Source: an uncultured Pseudomonadota bacterium
GTDB taxonomy: Bacteria > Pseudomonadota > Gammaproteobacteria > Steroidobacterales > Steroidobacteraceae
DNA length: 64,000 nucleotides
Direction of reading: 5' to 3'
NCBI GenBank assembly: GCA_903828595.1
Contig: CAIKMS010000009.1
Location: 2,933 to 66,932 of the forward strand
Part shown: positions 61,533 to 64,000 of the stretch, piece by piece
Layout: the number at the start of each line of letters is the position of its first letter
How positions within the stretch are numbered: position 1 is the stretch's first letter
Position numbers and translations under genes: made by a program
The notes under the pieces: generated by a model
Told to the model about the DNA's origin: nothing
The model's database searches: none
The model's input: only the letters and a program-made list of their open reading frames with translations

Positions 61533-61683
61533 TCAATTTCCCCAAGGCATGCGAACTGATATTTAGTTATGCAAAAACAACTTCGTTTTTAGAACATAAT
61601 CTACCAGCTCGCAAGTAAATCATTGAGTTGGCACCATTATTTGATCCATCTAATGGTTTTTCGCGGGTTATTTGACTGAATGG

Positions 61684-62343
61684 TTACAAACGGTAGGCGG
61701 TGGTGGTCATCACCTTCGATACCAGCCCCATCGCTCGGCGAAAAGTCTCTGGCAGAGGCGTGGCGCCGGCGTCTAGCGCGTGTTGGCCGTGACGAATTTC
61801 ATCGCCACGCATGGTTTCAAGCAGCACACGGCTGCGCTGATCGTGGCGGGGAAGTCGAGCTAGATGGTCGGTCAGATGCTGTTCGACCTGACGCTCGGTC
61901 TCCACCACAAAGCCTAAGCTCTGAGCATCACCAAACGCGCCAATCGCCACACCCATCAGCACGGATCCGGCGTACCACACCGGATTTAGAAGGCTGGGTT
62001 TTGCCTGTAATTCGGTCAATCGCTCGGCACACCAAGCTAAATGATCGCCTTCTTCACGCGCCGCGGCAGCGAGTTGGGCTCGCAGATCCGGGCTTGCAGC
62101 TACCAGTCCCTGGCCATGATAAAGGCCCTGGGCGGCTATCTCGCCGGCGTGATTAACGCGCATCAGGCCAGCCACGTGGGTGGTTTCACCGGCCGACAGG
62201 GGGCTTGGGGGGGTGTCGGCTGCCGGGTTGGGTAGACCCGCGCGCCTGGCGTTGGCGCTTTGGTTGGTGATTGTTTTAAGTCCCTCATCTATAAAGGATA
62301 AAAGACGATCTAGGGGGCTAAAATGGCGCATTGAGTCTGGCAT
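61684..62343 (-). CDS. coq7: Demethoxyubiquinone hydroxylase Coq7
   Basis: The 219-aa ORF has di-iron motifs, MRVNHAGEIAAQGLY and EEGDHLAWC. The antisense ORF at 61680..62156 is rejected. Confidence 0.85.
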   Translation of the reverse strand: MPDSMRHFSPLDRLLSFIDEGLKTITNQSANARRAGLPNPAADTPPSPLSAGETTHVAGLMRVNHAGEIAAQGLYHGQGLVAASPDLRAQLAAAAREEGDHLAWCAERLTELQAKPSLLNPVWYAGSVLMGVAIGAFGDAQSLGFVVETERQVEQHLTDHLARLPRHDQRSRVLLETMRGDEIRHGQHALDAGATPLPETFRRAMGLVSKVMTTTAYRL

Positions 62344-62490
62344 AGGAGGCTATTATATAGAGCCTTTGGAGCGCTCGTTGGGCCACTGGTACGGATCTAT
62401 TTCGTCCAATTGCATATTTGGTCTTTCAAAATCAACGCGCTTTGAGTAGACTTTCGCGCCCTCCGGCTCAGCCTATTCGAGAATTTAAAG

Positions 62491-62922
62491 ATGACCACAC
62501 TATTCGCCCGATCGGAAACGGTCCGCCGCGACTGGTTCGTAGTAGATGCCAACGGTAAGACCCTCGGCCGTCTCGCGACCCACATTGCCATGCGCCTACG
62601 CGGTAAACACAAGGCGGAGTACACGCCTCATGTGGACTGCGGCGACAACATTATCGTTCTGAACGCAGAGAAGATCGCTGTTACAGGCGCTAAGCTGCGT
62701 GACAAGATGTACTACCACCACACCGGACATATCGGCGGTATCAAAGGTATTGCACTCAATAAGCTCCTCAAAGAGCATCCTGAGCGCGTACTGGAGATCG
62801 CTGTTAAGGGCATGCTGCCCAAAGGCCCATTGGGTCGTCAGATGTATCGTAAGCTGCACGTGTTTGCGGGTGATCAGCACCCACACTCCGCCCAGCAGCC
62901 CAAGCCGCTCGTGCTCATTTGA
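62491..62922 (+). CDS. rplM: 50S ribosomal protein L13
   Basis: The 143-aa ORF contains [18 protein letters not shown] and [12 protein letters not shown]. Confidence 0.95.
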   Translation: MTTLFARSETVRRDWFVVDANGKTLGRLATHIAMRLRGKHKAEYTPHVDCGDNIIVLNAEKIAVTGAKLRDKMYYHHTGHIGGIKGIALNKLLKEHPERVLEIAVKGMLPKGPLGRQMYRKLHVFAGDQHPHSAQQPKPLVLI

Positions 62923-62954
62923 GCCGATCGCACACCCAAGCCTAAGGTTAAGAC

Positions 62955-63347
62955 ATGCCTGAAACGACGTATTACGGCACCGGCCGCCGCAAATCCTCAA
63001 CCGCTCGCGTTTATCTGTCGAGCGGCACCGGAGTTATTAAGGTCAACAACCGTCCTCTGGACGAATTCTTCGGTCGCGAAACCGGTCGTATGATCGTGCG
63101 TCAGCCGCTGGAACTCGTTGAGATGGTCAACAAGTTTGATATCAAGGTCGATGTCGCCGGTGGTGGTATCACGGGTCAGGCCGGTGCCATTCGCCACGGC
63201 ATCACTCGCGCGTTGATGGTGTACGACGAGACGCTGCGCAAAGCTTTGCGAATTGCCGGTTTCGTCACTCGTGACGCCCGTGAAGTTGAGCGTAAGAAAG
63301 TCGGTCGCCGTAAGGCTCGCCGCGGTACGCAGTTCTCGAAGCGTTAA
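62955..63347 (+). CDS. rpsI: 30S ribosomal protein S9
   Basis: The 130-aa ORF contains [13 protein letters not shown] and ends [18 protein letters not shown]. Confidence 0.95.
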   Translation: MPETTYYGTGRRKSSTARVYLSSGTGVIKVNNRPLDEFFGRETGRMIVRQPLELVEMVNKFDIKVDVAGGGITGQAGAIRHGITRALMVYDETLRKALRIAGFVTRDAREVERKKVGRRKARRGTQFSKR

Positions 63348-63372
63348 TAGGACGGACTGGTTCTCCAGTTGT

Positions 63373-63446
63373 TGGGGGATCGTCTAGTGGTAGGACTGCG
63401 GATTCTGACTCCGCCAACCTAGGTTCGAATCCTAGTCCCCCAGCCA
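63373..63446 (+). tRNA. tRNA-Gln (anticodon CUG), CCA encoded
   Basis: I folded the cloverleaf by hand. The acceptor stem pairs TGGGGGA with TCCCCCA and the D stem pairs GTCT with GGAC. The anticodon stem pairs GCGGA with TCCGC, with loop TTCTGAC. The T arm is CTAGG-TTCGAAT-CCTAG, followed by discriminator G and CCA. The sequence is close to E. coli tRNA-Gln. Confidence 0.9.
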
Positions 63447-63484
63447 AGTCGCCGTGGCAGTCAGTTAAGCCACGGCAAATAAAA

Positions 63485-63508
63485 CCCCGCCTCGCGGGGT
63501 TTTTTTTT
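63485..63508 (+). terminator. Rho-independent terminator after tRNA-Gln
   Basis: CCCCGC pairs with GCGGGG around a CTC loop, followed by a T9 run at 63500-63508. An additional hairpin, GCCGTGGC/GCCACGGC, lies at 63451-63476. Confidence 0.8.
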
Positions 63509-63710
63509 GGCGCAGGACTGACTCGGTTCATTTTTTGTTTGCCGATGGTGATGAATCACGATTCCGACTAGGCTAAGGGTGCTGGCGCTGCACACAAGTC
63601 TCGAGCAGTTTTGGAAGCGATTCACTGCGCGTGAAGTTAGTGCGGCTGCAGCTTATGAGTTTTTGAGTCTCGCGCCGCTTAAGGCGTATACCGAAAAACA
63701 GGTGCTACCC

Positions 63711-64000
63711 ATGATGAAGACTTCGGATATCGCGTGCTTTAGCGGTTCGTTTATCAACGTGCTGGCCGCTACGTTGATGATGGTCTCCAGCGCTGGCGCC
63801 GCCGATACGTCCGCGTCCGCCAACTCGCAGATGTACTCCGACATCGACCGCATCTTTGCTGACTACGCCCTAGACTCCCATATTCCCGGGTTGGTCTACG
63901 GTATCGTTGCCGATGGGCGCCTTGTTTATGCTCAAGGTATCGGCGTACAGGATCTGCAATCGAATCGCGCCGTTAGCCCAGACACCCTGTTTCGTATTGC
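63711..64000 (+). CDS. Secreted serine hydrolase (beta-lactamase/PBP family), N-terminal fragment running off the window
   Basis: MMKTSDIACFSGSFINVLAATLMMVSSAGAAD is a signal peptide. It is followed by IPGLVYGIVADGRLVYAQGIGVQDL...DTLFRIA, the segment that immediately precedes the S-x-x-K motif in class C-like hydrolases. It is absent from the ORF track because there is no stop in the window. Confidence 0.6.
   Translation, partial: MMKTSDIACFSGSFINVLAATLMMVSSAGAADTSASANSQMYSDIDRIFADYALDSHIPGLVYGIVADGRLVYAQGIGVQDLQSNRAVSPDTLFRI

Noticed and set aside
61680-62156. 158-aa plus-strand ORF antisense to coq7.
   Set aside because: The minus frame has clear Coq7 di-iron motifs. The plus-frame product is Arg/Ser/Pro-rich noise.
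63548-63559. Palindrome GTGATGAATCAC upstream of the serine hydrolase gene, considered as a second CRP site.
   Set aside because: The half-site spacing is wrong for CRP (TGA-N4-TCA rather than TGTGA-N6-TCACA). It may be an operator for another regulator, but there is no supporting evidence.
63653-63853. 66-aa minus-strand ORF from the ORF track.
   Set aside because: It overlaps the plus-strand frame, which encodes a signal peptide followed by a beta-lactamase-family N-terminus running off the window.

Overview
This window is a gene-dense core chromosomal region that looks gammaproteobacterial. I base that on synteny blocks shared with E. coli and Pseudomonas. No database search was possible, so every product call rests on motifs I recognised in the translated ORFs.

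Contents in order:
- The tail of rplX, then the spc and alpha ribosomal operons (rplE to rplQ, including secY, rpmJ and rpoA).
- mscL and pepQ.
- Two tandem Ala-rich repeat lipoprotein genes and a GNAT acetyltransferase gene.
- A chemosensory operon, cheY-cheA-cheW-STAS-unknown-cheR-cheD-cheB, with no receptor gene.
- A second small operon (CheY-like, CheX-like, HDOD) behind a good sigma-28-type promoter.
- uvrA and ssb, divergent.
- miaB-phoH-ybeY-corC-lnt, then a class I fumarase gene.
- leuS-lptE-[three inserted genes]-holA-nadD-rsfS-rlmH.
- maf-rng-yhdP, a C-N hydrolase gene, and tldD.
- An ExeA-type ATPase fused to an FHA domain.
- purK-purE-yjgA, divergent from pmbA.
- YihY/BrkB, an S9 peptidase, a signal-less BtuF-like protein, purC and djlA.
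- A DUF2384-like ORF, rpe, crp, coq7, rplM-rpsI, tRNA-Gln(CUG), and the start of a secreted serine hydrolase gene.

I found no IS elements, integrases, prophage genes or CRISPR arrays.

The most interesting items are:
- the receptor-less Che2-like cluster, whose receptor slot holds a STAS protein and a 184-aa protein carrying a D-x3-Q motif;
- the sigma-28-driven CheY/CheX-like/HDOD module;
- the orphan ExeA-FHA fusion;
- the pair of 11-mer-repeat lipoproteins ending in Lys-Lys;
- the HExxH/PCuAC/COG0523 insertion into leuS-lptE-holA;
- a near-consensus CRP site upstream of the che operon.
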